This document shows positions 39,578 to 48,854 of a stretch of DNA of 64,000 nucleotides, in pieces. The stretch is from the IMG/VR virus record IMGVR_UViG_3300036390_000001, positions 1 through 64,000 of that record; one strand, given 5' to 3'. Position numbers and translations under genes: made by a program. Under the pieces are notes generated by a model, which saw nothing but the letters and a program-made list of their open reading frames with translations, was not told the origin of the DNA and did not search any database. Source of the DNA: a virus. How positions within the stretch are numbered: position 1 is the stretch's first letter; every line of letters begins with the position of its first letter.

Positions 39578-40818
39578 GCCGCCTCCTTTTGAAGAAAACT
39601 GATTGCAGCTGCAACGACGCCTGGATTACCAACGCCCAATACCTCGCCCAGCTTGCCAAGCAATCCTTGAATAATTAGCTCTTCCGGCGCCTGTTTACGC
39701 GCTTCCGCTAAGTCAATAATTGTGCGCGCTGTACTGTCGTAAGTGTCGTGAAGGTTAACTTCTTGCCCATGAAGACTAACCTTGTAGTGGCGCGCTGCGT
39801 TTGGACCAGCTACCCATCCACACTTCGTCCTGATTTTCTTAGGTGGTTCAGGAAGTTGGGCAATTTCTCTTACTGCGGCGCCGATATCCGCAGCTTTAAC
39901 CCTACGGTTTTCGGATTCAGCAACTTCGCAAGCCAATTCCCAAGCCTTTTTACAGTCGTGGATATTGTCGCGCAATGGGTAAAGTTCGCGCGCTTGTGTT
40001 TCTGGTAGCGTGCCAATTTTTAATCCCATGCTGTGTTCTAGTTTGCCAGCCTGCCATTCCTTTTGGAGGGAAGAGTAGGCGCGCTTAAATAAGGAGTGGT
40101 GATTCTCTAAAAATGCGCTCATCGAATCACAGCCAAAAGCCTTGTAACCTTCGCGCGCGTCGATTTTTACAAGCGCGTAACGGGTGAAGTTCTTGGCGAA
40201 TAAAGCAAAGTTCTTAAGCGCTTCGCCGTTGTCGATGATGCGCTCGATTAACTCTTCGACTTCTTCTTTAGATAGCGCGGCGCCGTCGATGTCGTTGGGG
40301 ATTTGAAGGGCAACTGGCGCTTTTTCTTCTGGCGCTTTTTCTTCTGGCGCTTCAACTTCCGTTATTTCTTCCACCTTCGTATCCGAAGGTTCAGATTCAA
40401 CCTTAGTTAAATGCCATACAGGAAGCTGGCGTTCGACAGGATTGTTGTCCGGATTGGGAGAGTCCAAGCGCCGTACTTGAGCTTGTCCTTCCTCGACGTG
40501 AATAACCTTATATATGTCGTCGAAGTCATTCGCCTTAACTTCGTCGCCCGCCTTTATGTCTGATTCAAGCGCAGGAAACGCGATTAAGTTCAAAGGGTTT
40601 ATCGGCTCGGTGAGTCCCTTGTCGTCGAACTTTACCCAGGCATCAGGCATGGGTAAATCTTGATAACCGATGTAAGTCCCGCTTCTCATGAGCGGTTCGC
40701 AGAAGACTCTCGTGCCCTCAGAAAAGGAATTTAAAATTTCCAGGCGCCTCTCCCTCGTATCTTCCGGGTTCCTCTCAAACTTCTTGCATTTAGATTTACG
40801 TACAGTTGTCGCGACCAT
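39574..40818 (-). CDS. Hypothetical protein
   Basis: 414 aa; GAGAGGA RBS. Confidence 0.7.
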   Translation of the reverse strand: MVATTVRKSKCKKFERNPEDTRERRLEILNSFSEGTRVFCEPLMRSGTYIGYQDLPMPDAWVKFDDKGLTEPINPLNLIAFPALESDIKAGDEVKANDFDDIYKVIHVEEGQAQVRRLDSPNPDNNPVERQLPVWHLTKVESEPSDTKVEEITEVEAPEEKAPEEKAPVALQIPNDIDGAALSKEEVEELIERIIDNGEALKNFALFAKNFTRYALVKIDAREGYKAFGCDSMSAFLENHHSLFKRAYSSLQKEWQAGKLEHSMGLKIGTLPETQARELYPLRDNIHDCKKAWELACEVAESENRRVKAADIGAAVREIAQLPEPPKKIRTKCGWVAGPNAARHYKVSLHGQEVNLHDTYDSTARTIIDLAEARKQAPEELIIQGLLGKLGEVLGVGNPGVVAAAISFLQKEAA

Positions 40819-41131
40819 AACATCCTCTCATGTGCTAATTTATCCTTCGCAATCTCAAACCAATTGAGCTTTCGTTCGAGATATGTATTCTTTGATTATC
40901 CGTACCAGATTTAATTTTATTTTTGCTACAAACCAACAAAAAAGTAAAGCCTCAGTCGCTAAATATTCACATTGGTTGATGTTAAGTTCCTCCTTTTTTG
41001 TGCAATAATAAACAAACAAGTTTGGGGTAGTGACCATTCCCCACATGTGCTAATTTTGCCGCTTTTGCGGCTTTGTAATTTGAGTAGAGGCGCCACCACG
41101 AGGCTGAGAATCTAGTGGGTGGCGCCTTTGT

Positions 41132-41380
41132 TTATGCGGCTAATGCTCCTTCAATTTCTAGCTGCTTTTCCGTTGATTCAAGAGTTTTTATTCTTTCGCT
41201 TAATTCTAATTTTGCAAGCCTTTCTTGCTTGTGTTTTTTAATAGCTTCATCAATCGCTATTATGCAAAAAGCTGTAACGCTTAAACCTGTCTCTTTGCAG
41301 GCCTTAAGCAACTCGCCTCCCAGTTCTAGCGGCACATTTATGCTTGTTCTGTACAAGTGTTCTTTACTACTAAGCTTCAT
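41132..41380 (-). CDS. Ribbon-helix-helix (Arc/Cro-position) regulator
   Basis: TSINVP.EL...L...C...GLS..AF...AI; divergent from the XRE repressor. Confidence 0.65.
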   Translation of the reverse strand: MKLSSKEHLYRTSINVPLELGGELLKACKETGLSVTAFCIIAIDEAIKKHKQERLAKLELSERIKTLESTEKQLEIEGALAA

Positions 41381-41575
41381 GGCGTTTATTAAATACGTTT
41401 TTACTAAGCCGCAAGCAGCGTCAACACGACATAGCTTGAGTATGTTGTGGTGTTTTAGTTACTGTGGCTACTATACTATATCAGCAAATCAACAGATATA
41501 GTCACACCCATTTGAAAAATTTTTCACAACCGTGAATAATGTATGTTTAAAAATTAAGTGAGTACGGTACGGGAA

Positions 41576-41917
41576 ATGGATAAAGATGCCAAGGCGCGCT
41601 TTGTAGAAAAGCTTATGCAAGCGCAAGCGGAACGCTCGCAGCGACGATTCGCTAAAGACTTGGAAGTTCAGCTTGGCACGTTGCAAAATTGGTTACGTGG
41701 CGACAGCTATCCAACTCCTGAGAATTTTAAGAAAATTGCCGCAGCTGCTGGGATGTCCCAGCTTGAATTATTTGCTTACATCTTCGACGAAGACACTAGC
41801 AACTTACCTCCGGCGCCAATTCAAGCAGAGCAGGCGCTTTCTTATTTGGCGCCTCTCTCAAAAAAAGAAAAAGTACGGCTGATAAAGCTATTGTTGGATG
41901 ATGTAGCTGACGATTGA
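41576..41917 (+). CDS. XRE-family repressor (CI-like)
   Basis: SQRRFAKDLEV.LGTLQNWLRG.SYP. Confidence 0.82.
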   Translation: MDKDAKARFVEKLMQAQAERSQRRFAKDLEVQLGTLQNWLRGDSYPTPENFKKIAAAAGMSQLELFAYIFDEDTSNLPPAPIQAEQALSYLAPLSKKEKVRLIKLLLDDVADD

Positions 41918-42011
41918 CATAGACAGAACTTTTTAGGTTTATCAGCCCACGGCGCAATCGAAGCGTATGTGTGGCTGAATTAGATGCACGCTACTCATCA
42001 AACCTTAGCTT

Positions 42012-42251
42012 CTAAGACGCATTTTCTTTTTCTTGCGCTTGCGCTTCCATTTCCTCTGCTTTTTTTTGCGCTTTAATTTCAGCCTGAACCAATAAAGCAT
42101 ACCGTACAGAAGCTTCTAAAGCCTTAACAAGTTCGTCTTTGGCTTCAGATTGTAGATTCATGCTTGTCGCTATATCGGCAAGACGGTCAAGCACTTCGCT
42201 GAGTAAGTGTTGGTCAATATGAAATTGTAGCTCTTGTCTAAGTGTTCTCAT
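42012..42251 (-). CDS. Hypothetical protein
   Basis: Helical ORF. Confidence 0.45.
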   Translation of the reverse strand: MRTLRQELQFHIDQHLLSEVLDRLADIATSMNLQSEAKDELVKALEASVRYALLVQAEIKAQKKAEEMEAQAQEKENAS

Positions 42252-42589
42252 CTTTAAGTGTGTGCAAGTAAAAATCATTTTTGCCTTTACTTAAAAATAG
42301 CGAAATCCCTAAAGGGAGCATTTTTAGCGGCTTTGATTTATTTTTCTATAGTTTTCGTGATGCACTTCTCGTAATCATTATCAATGTCAATGGCGCCAAA
42401 GTATTGCATAATGCGCCTAATTCAAAAGAATTTCTCGGTATTTCCCCGCAGGCGCCTTATCGACTAGTTTGTTAAAATCTGCTGACAAAGACAACAGACA
42501 CAGTTGTAAAAGGGTTTTAAGTCAAGCCTCCGGCGCCGGAGGTTTTTTGCTGCTTAAATTAAGTTGCGCTTTCTTTCGGGTTTAGGTTG

Positions 42590-43129
42590 TCAGTCTATTT
42601 CTAGTCCATATTTTCGGCGCCACTCTTCAGCCCAAAGGAAGTCAATGCCAATTTCGTTAGCACAATCTTTATCTTCGGGGCGGTCGCCAACCATTAGCCT
42701 TCCTGTTACTTCGCGTTCCCCATCTTCTATAAATAGTTTTGCAAGCTCAAGCATCCCGGAATGAGGCTTGCGGTATAGCCCTATTAACTGGGGTTCTCTT
42801 GTTCCTATCTCGTGGAATTCGCTTCTAGTAACGTGCCAGCACTCTTCTCCCGCAAAGTCCGGGCAAAAGTAAATTTCTTGCAATTCAGGAAACAAGCTGA
42901 GTGTATAAAGCATTTCTTGAGACGCCGATGCAAGAGTCTTGTATCCGCTTTTGATGCCTGCTTGATTTGATATTCCTACACAATGAGCGCCGTTATCGGC
43001 AAAGTGTTTTAGCGCTTTGTCTGCACCTTGGATTATCTTGACATCGTGCGGATGCTTCTTAAACGTGGCGCCGCTTATAGTTTCAGTTAGCGTGCCATCA
43101 ATATCAACAAACAAAATTCTGCCTTCCAA
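42590..43129 (-). CDS. HAD-IIIA phosphatase (PNK 3'-phosphatase/GmhB-like)
   Basis: DIDGTL, SNQAG, RKP.SGML, MVGDR.ED. Confidence 0.88.
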   Translation of the reverse strand: MEGRILFVDIDGTLTETISGATFKKHPHDVKIIQGADKALKHFADNGAHCVGISNQAGIKSGYKTLASASQEMLYTLSLFPELQEIYFCPDFAGEECWHVTRSEFHEIGTREPQLIGLYRKPHSGMLELAKLFIEDGEREVTGRLMVGDRPEDKDCANEIGIDFLWAEEWRRKYGLEID

Positions 43130-43463
43130 ATTTAACTTCTCCTTTAAGGATAAAATTTATTGTTTTTAATAAGGCGCCATGCATCGCCAATTGTTGAGCC
43201 GTACTGACATGTGTACCTGCCGCGCGAAACAATTTCAATGCTGTATCTATTGCCTCGATGCCAAAAGAAATTGCTTGGTTCAAGGCTTTTCGCGCGAAGA
43301 AAGTAATCGCCAAATCTCTTGTATTGCATCAAAAACCTTAATTGTCCGATACTTTTGTAGTTTCATCCTGCTTGATTAAAAATTTACATTAAGTTCAGGA
43401 CTTACACCTATAACTATCTTTAAAAATTTGGGATTCATAAATATAGTTACTTGAAACGTATTT

Positions 43464-43850
43464 ATGAAACTTAATTTATCAATCAAGGGTTTAATTGCTG
43501 TTGTTTTACTTGCTGCTTCCCATGCGCCTGTTATGGCGCAATCCCGCTCGCATTTAGTAAACCTTGGCGCCGATAGTCAAGGTAACAATTACTATCTTGA
43601 CGCGAGGACTGTTCGTTCTTACCAACGGTTTGAGATTCGCAAACTACAAAATCAAACTATGGTGCAACTAACGATGAGCGCTAATTGTCGAGAGCGAAGG
43701 ATTTGGGTTACAAAGGTTGAGCGCTTCTCCATGAATGGTCAAAGACTCGCTCAAGCTACCGACCTCATGGAAGAAATGCCATACGAAGAAGGCGCGCCTG
43801 CCACTAATGCATTGAGATACTACTGCGCTGGTGTAGGTGTTCGTTGGTAA
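43464..43850 (+). CDS. Secreted protein
   Basis: Signal peptide; YYLD..TV and two Cys. Confidence 0.7.
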   Translation: MKLNLSIKGLIAVVLLAASHAPVMAQSRSHLVNLGADSQGNNYYLDARTVRSYQRFEIRKLQNQTMVQLTMSANCRERRIWVTKVERFSMNGQRLAQATDLMEEMPYEEGAPATNALRYYCAGVGVRW

Positions 43851-43903
43851 TATTTTGTTTTCAAGGTTCAGTGCGGGCGCCTTGATTAAGAGGCGCCTGT
43901 TGT

Positions 43904-44209
43904 TTAAGCGATTCCTTTGGCAAAAGTTGTGCGATACCAATTGTGGAATCCCGTTACTGCTTCGTCGCAAGAAGTCCATTGCTTAAGCATTGAACCCGAA
44001 CCAGCGTAAGACTCGTAATAATGGTAGAAAAACTCGCCGTTCAGCTTAACGATTAGCCCTATGTATACTTCGGGTTCTTCGTCAAAACTTAAATCCGCGC
44101 GGTACTCTATGTCGTACTCATTTACGGGCTGCTTTTTCACCTCAGAAAGTGAGAATTCGCTGTCTTTAAACAGTAATAAAGTCTCTAGTAGCTTCACTGG
44201 ATAAGCCAT
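43904..44209 (-). CDS. Hypothetical protein
   Basis: GGAG RBS. Confidence 0.55.
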   Translation of the reverse strand: MAYPVKLLETLLLFKDSEFSLSEVKKQPVNEYDIEYRADLSFDEEPEVYIGLIVKLNGEFFYHYYESYAGSGSMLKQWTSCDEAVTGFHNWYRTTFAKGIA

Positions 44210-44329
44210 TGGTTTTCTCCGCGCATGTGTTACTTTTTAGATATCTCATTAATTTCTCTAGACTCAGTTGCAGGCGCCAGTAATTCATTGTGTTGGCCGC
44301 TTGTTGTTTTGGTTCGTGGCAAGTGGCGC

Positions 44330-44932
44330 CTAGTATCTTTTGTTGAGAGATGGCTTAAGCTCATGAATCAGATGTAGTTCTGTGTCTCGCATTGCTTGCT
44401 CTGTTCCTTCCAAAGGGAAAAGGAGGCAATAAAGGAGAAGCTCAACTCCGCTCTTTGTAAAAATTTCTAGTTCTTTGACATGGTGAGTGGTTATTCTTAA
44501 ATGTATGTTCAAACTTGAACCTACATAAGCAATCCTTTTTGAGTTTTTGTTGTTGATAGCTACAATATAGACTCCAGGAGAGTCAGGAATTTTGCTTATG
44601 TCCTGGGGGATTCGGAATGGAGAACAGGAGTTAATAATTGATTGCAAAATGGGATTCTCTTGTCGAGGGACTATCTCCAACCCATCAAAGTTATGTTCTT
44701 TGTTTATGGCAAAGTTGACGATATTGTATCTGCTCGGCGTTTTGGCTTTTAAAGCCCTCCCTAGAATTTCATTGAATCTATCAACGTCGTACTCGTATAG
44801 CCAGCGTATGCAAGTCATGCAGCTTTTTTGGTGGATGATAGCGTGTCCCGTGACACCATCGGTGCAAAGGTGTTTAAGGCGCTCGCAATTTGATATTTTC
44901 TTGCCTATTGCTTCAACAAATTCCATGTACAC
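44330..44932 (-). CDS. Protein with C-terminal GIY-YIG domain
   Basis: PGVYIV...YVGSS.N...R...H...E..LI..LKP.LN. Confidence 0.8.
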   Translation of the reverse strand: MYMEFVEAIGKKISNCERLKHLCTDGVTGHAIIHQKSCMTCIRWLYEYDVDRFNEILGRALKAKTPSRYNIVNFAINKEHNFDGLEIVPRQENPILQSIINSCSPFRIPQDISKIPDSPGVYIVAINNKNSKRIAYVGSSLNIHLRITTHHVKELEIFTKSGVELLLYCLLFPLEGTEQAMRDTELHLIHELKPSLNKRY

Positions 44933-45146
44933 TTACTAGTAAAGAGTCGGATATAGCAGGCGCCAACATCGTAAGTGTTGGCGCTTGTTGTTTAATTAGC
45001 CCGAAGGCTTAAGTATTACGGTACCATATTCTATCCAAAATGGAATACTTTTTACCCCTAAAATCAAAACCCACCCGGACTACTTGAGTCGGGTGGGTCT
45101 TCTTTGGCTATTTGCTGTATTTGTTTCAGCTTGCGCCTCAGCGTAT

Positions 45147-45431
45147 TTATATAGTGGCTGAGGCGACTAGCTCCCCCTTGCGCGCTTCCTCTATTTGCTC
45201 AAGCCTTCTCTTTATTAACTGCAATTCCGTCTCTAACCTCTCTACTCGACTTACTTCATCAGCATTGACAACAATTTCACCACTGAGGAACTTTTCAGCA
45301 AGAGCTGTTAGCACTTTTGCCTCATTCAGCCCTATTTCTTTTGCCTTCTCAGCAAACCTATCCTTGAAAGATTGAGTGACGCGCGTACTGATTCTGACAT
45401 CTTTTACTGCTTTTTCCATTTTGGCTCCCAT
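45147..45431 (-). CDS. Ribbon-helix-helix regulator
   Basis: ISTRV....KD.F...A...GL....VL. Confidence 0.6.
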   Translation of the reverse strand: MGAKMEKAVKDVRISTRVTQSFKDRFAEKAKEIGLNEAKVLTALAEKFLSGEIVVNADEVSRVERLETELQLIKRRLEQIEEARKGELVASATI

Positions 45432-45489
45432 TTATAAATTTCTTTGGATAAGCAAAGTCTAGCACTCTCACCCTGTAAAGGTAAATGAC

Positions 45490-45530
45490 GTATCCCAAAT
45501 TATTGACATTTTGGGATACTTGGGATACAT
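45490..45530 (+). promoter_or_regulatory. Promoter -35 (TTGACA) flanked by operator repeats
   Basis: GTATCCCAAA-TTATTGACAT-TTTGGGATAC-TTGGGATAC. Confidence 0.6.
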
Positions 45531-45621
45531 TTAATTCATAGGCGCCACCAACAACCGCCCAAAGAAAAACCCCTCGGCGCCAACCGAGGGAAACAATAAA
45601 CTTCAACCAGGATTTTAACAA

Positions 45622-46521
45622 ATGCAAACCTATACTCAAGCGCAACTTGAAACAAAAACTCTTAAAGAACTTAAACGGCTAGCGCAAACACTCGGCGCCG
45701 AACCAACCAAAGACGCGCGCTTAAAGCAAAGTTGGGTTACAGCAATACTAGGCGCCATGCCTCAAAAGGTTGAGGAACTACCTTCGGATACGAAGGTAGA
45801 AGCTGAAGCTAAAACTTGCGCGGATTGCCCACTGTTTCAAGCTTTCAATGACGGCAGCGGTCGCGGTTTATGTTGCGGCGCCGACCGAGTAGCGCGCGCT
45901 CATCATCAGCAGACCCAAGATTGTCTTCACTTAATTGAAGCGCACGAGGAACAACCTTCGGATACGAAGGAAGAAGAATATGTCTTGCTACCAGCAGGCG
46001 CCACTCAAATGATGACCGCTTACCACGTAAAACATCAAGGCTTGATTGTCGGCATGATATTTAACGTGCATCGAAATAATTCTTGGCAGTGTGGTGATGG
46101 ACAAAATTATAGGTATCCAGCAGAAGCTAGAGAGGCGCTTGTAAAACTAACCGAGGCGCCGCTTTTAAAGACTCACCCACATAAATACCAGTCACCAGAT
46201 GGCGCGCTAGAAGTAACTCAGATGAGCGAGATTGGTAAACATAAGTTATGGGTGAATAACAAAGATAAATTTTATTACAGCACTTACCGCGACGCCGAAA
46301 AATCTAATCATCCAGTAGCAGTGCGCTGTGATGATGTGAAGGTGGGAGATAAGATATATATTGCTGGTTACTCGCGTATAGTATCGGACATTCTTCAAGT
46401 TCCACACTTAGGAATAAACTGGACGAAGTTTGTGTGCGCTGACGGAATTGAAATAAAGGCGCCGTGGTATTGCCCGGTTCAAATAAGCGCTTTCCCTTCG
46501 CTTGAACTGGAGGCTGCATAA
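45622..46521 (+). CDS. Hypothetical protein with Rho-N-like N-terminus and Cys motif
   Basis: L..KTLKELK.LA; C..CP...G.CC. Confidence 0.65.
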   Translation: MQTYTQAQLETKTLKELKRLAQTLGAEPTKDARLKQSWVTAILGAMPQKVEELPSDTKVEAEAKTCADCPLFQAFNDGSGRGLCCGADRVARAHHQQTQDCLHLIEAHEEQPSDTKEEEYVLLPAGATQMMTAYHVKHQGLIVGMIFNVHRNNSWQCGDGQNYRYPAEAREALVKLTEAPLLKTHPHKYQSPDGALEVTQMSEIGKHKLWVNNKDKFYYSTYRDAEKSNHPVAVRCDDVKVGDKIYIAGYSRIVSDILQVPHLGINWTKFVCADGIEIKAPWYCPVQISAFPSLELEAA

Positions 46522-46522
46522 A

Positions 46523-46738
46523 ATGCGTATCTTCTTAATCACTGCGCTTTTAGTTTTTCATTTACCAGCAGAGGCAATCACTTTCAAGCCACCTGCGGAA
46601 CCCTCGCCCAAAGATAGCGCTAGTGGCGCCAGTCGATGGGTTGATTCTCCAAGTTTTGAACCGCCCCCAGATAACCCGCGACCTCACTGTAAAAACTTGG
46701 GGTGCAGAAGGGGAGGCGCCGCATCTAGAGGCGCTTGA
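46523..46738 (+). CDS. Small secreted Pro-rich peptide
   Basis: Signal peptide plus two F.PP...P...G(A)ASR units. Confidence 0.55.
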   Translation: MRIFLITALLVFHLPAEAITFKPPAEPSPKDSASGASRWVDSPSFEPPPDNPRPHCKNLGCRRGGAASRGA

Positions 46739-46824
46739 AGACAGGAGGACAGGAAGACAAGGCAGAAAAATCCCCCTTGTCCACGAATCCTCCTGTCCAC
46801 CTTGTCTCTCCCAAGGAGGCGCTT
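46728..46824. mobile_element. Miniature repeat element with 9-bp direct repeats
   Basis: GAGGCGCTT at 46728 and 46816 flanks GACAGG/GACAAG...CTTGTC/CCTGTC inverted arrays. Confidence 0.7.
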
Positions 46825-46865
46825 AATCAAACTACCGCGCTCGTTTAATGCGGGCGCCTAACAAA

Positions 46866-47066
46866 ATGAAACCAAAACAAGCAAACAAAATCATAAGACA
46901 GTGCATCGAGAAATTAACAAAAGTTCAAGACGGAATAGAAGTTAATTTTCCTGAAGAGTTGGCGCCGAGAACTACTGACGAAAAGTTCTTTAGTCAGCTT
47001 GCAGAAGCCCTTGGTCAACTTGAAAACTGTGAATATGACTTAGACCAACTTGAGGAGGCGCCTTAA
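46866..47066 (+). CDS. Hypothetical protein
   Basis: ORF adjacent to the ERF gene. Confidence 0.5.
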   Translation: MKPKQANKIIRQCIEKLTKVQDGIEVNFPEELAPRTTDEKFFSQLAEALGQLENCEYDLDQLEEAP

Positions 47067-47915
47067 ATGACACCACATCTTAACGCCGCGCTTGCAAAAG
47101 CCAAGCTAGAATTTCCTCAGATATTAGCTAACCGTAGAGTTAAAATACCGACTAAATCAGGTCGAGAAATTTCTTTTACCTATGCTGAATTGGAAGAAAT
47201 AGCAGAAGCAGTAACGCCAGTATTAAGCGCGAATGATTTGTCTTTGTCTTCTCAAATGCGCTATTTAGAGAATGGCAAATTTGTCCTCGCTACTGCGCTT
47301 CGTCATGGGTCGGGAGAGTTTATAGAATCCTTCTTTCCATTGCCTGAATCGGTTGGCGACGCCAAGGAACTAGGGATTCAAATCAGTTATGGGCGCCGTT
47401 ACAACGCATTATGCTTACTAGAGATTAGTGTGGTTGAGCCAAGTAATGAGCAGCAATGGCAAGAAAAGAAGCGCAAGATAGCTGGTGAACTTAGACAGGA
47501 AGTTGAGCAGGCGCCGCAGTTATCCGCGAAGCCCAAGAGAGAAAATGGAGGATTGCTTGAGGCTGTTTCAGGAGTGGCGCCTGTTACCCCAAAGCCCTCG
47601 ACTAAGCAAAATGACCGTGTTAGGGCTGTTTGTGTTCAGATAAACTACCCTATGGAACTCGCGCGCGAGTGGTTGGCTAAATTTAGTCTAAAATCATTTG
47701 ACCAGTTACCGTTGCAGGCTGTTGACGACTATATCAAAAACATATGCGCTGCTTGGGCAAGTCAAAACGGCATGAACGAACACCATGCCAAGCGCAGTTA
47801 TGAAAAGCGCGTGGTTGGTCAACCTGACGAAATCAAGGCAATTGCTAGCTGGATGGAGTACGTAAGCTCTATTAATCTGGATGAGAAAGACTTAGTGGAG
47901 GCGCCTGCATCATGA
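47067..47915 (+). CDS. ERF-family single-strand annealing protein
   Basis: F.YA.LEEI, L.H.SGEFIES, G..ISYGRRY. Confidence 0.87.
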   Translation: MTPHLNAALAKAKLEFPQILANRRVKIPTKSGREISFTYAELEEIAEAVTPVLSANDLSLSSQMRYLENGKFVLATALRHGSGEFIESFFPLPESVGDAKELGIQISYGRRYNALCLLEISVVEPSNEQQWQEKKRKIAGELRQEVEQAPQLSAKPKRENGGLLEAVSGVAPVTPKPSTKQNDRVRAVCVQINYPMELAREWLAKFSLKSFDQLPLQAVDDYIKNICAAWASQNGMNEHHAKRSYEKRVVGQPDEIKAIASWMEYVSSINLDEKDLVEAPAS

Positions 47916-48385
47916 AAATCATCACTCTTCATCAGCCTTGGGCGCATCTCATCGCCATAGGTTACAAACACTACGAAACGCGCTCTTGGCACACCAAATA
48001 TAGAGGTGCCTTGGCTATCCACTCAGCCAAGCGCCCGGTTTCACTTGAAGAGCTAGCGCGTATTTCTAATGAGAGCGCTGGAACTTTAGATTTAAATTTT
48101 CTGACAGCGCTTAACTACGAATACGGAAAGATTGTCGTCGTTGCCGAGTTGACTGATTGTCTTGCAATGGTTGATAAGCATCATCCTGGGCGCCTTGACT
48201 CAACGATTAAAGTCTCCTCTGTTTCAGCGCTAGAAAAAGCCTGTGGAGATTGGCGCGCTGGGCGTTATGCTTGGGAGCTAAAGGATATCAAGAAGCTTGA
48301 TGCGCCGATTCCTTATAAAGGGCGCCAGGGCTTGATGAATGTTGATGGCGCCACTGCTGCATTGCTGTCAAAGTCTTGCGGGTGA
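47912..48385 (+). CDS. ASCH domain protein
   Basis: ITLHQPWA.LI..G.K.YETRSW.T.YRG.LAIH; PIP.KG.QGL. Confidence 0.92.
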   Translation: MKIITLHQPWAHLIAIGYKHYETRSWHTKYRGALAIHSAKRPVSLEELARISNESAGTLDLNFLTALNYEYGKIVVVAELTDCLAMVDKHHPGRLDSTIKVSSVSALEKACGDWRAGRYAWELKDIKKLDAPIPYKGRQGLMNVDGATAALLSKSCG

Positions 48386-48467
48386 AGCTTTACCCGCAGA
48401 GCTTTGACTGGAAGAAGAGTATTCCAGGCGCCTTGTATAATTCAAATTAAATTAAGGAGCAACAAAG

Positions 48468-48770
48468 ATGACTACTTATAACGTAAATTTTGACGAATCG
48501 ACTTCAGTTTTAACAATAGGCTTTGGCGAACCAGCTAATAACGACCAAATTGTTAAAGATGCCGTTGCAGGAATCAAGCAAATTAAAGAACAGTTGCATG
48601 GCGCGGTTCTTAAAGTCAATGGCGCCGCATCCCTTCCCGTTGGCTTTGCTCTTTCCGCTGAATTGGCGCACGTTGTCAAAGCAATTGCGGTGTTCGACCC
48701 AAAACTAAAGCAGTATGTTGTGGCTGTAACTCATGACCCTAGTTACTCAATTGGCGCCTTGATTGACTAA
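48468..48770 (+). CDS. csx3: Csx3/Crn3-family ring nuclease homologue
   Basis: GFGEPA.NDQIVKDA...LKVNG.AS...LAH....IAVFDPKL..YVVAVTH.P.Y.IG; AAGGAG RBS. Confidence 0.85.
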   Translation: MTTYNVNFDESTSVLTIGFGEPANNDQIVKDAVAGIKQIKEQLHGAVLKVNGAASLPVGFALSAELAHVVKAIAVFDPKLKQYVVAVTHDPSYSIGALID

Positions 48771-48781
48771 GTAAAGCGCCT

Positions 48782-48845
48782 GTTCAGTTAGTAAAACAAA
48801 TTCAAAAGGGATTGAAACCGCATTAAAATACTTTCAATCCCTTTT
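48782..48845 (+). repeat. Solitary CRISPR-repeat-like 37-mer overlapping a terminator hairpin
   Basis: GTTCAG...GGGATTGAAAC (37 nt); inverted repeat AAAAGGGATTGAAA/TTTCAATCCCTTTT. Confidence 0.4.
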
Positions 48846-48854
48846 TAGTGAACT

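Noticed and set aside
42590-43129. HAD phosphatase as part of an RNA repair system
   Set aside because: No kinase domain or RNA ligase in the window
46523-46738. PatS/PatX heterocyst inhibitor
   Set aside because: Lacks the RGSGR pentapeptide
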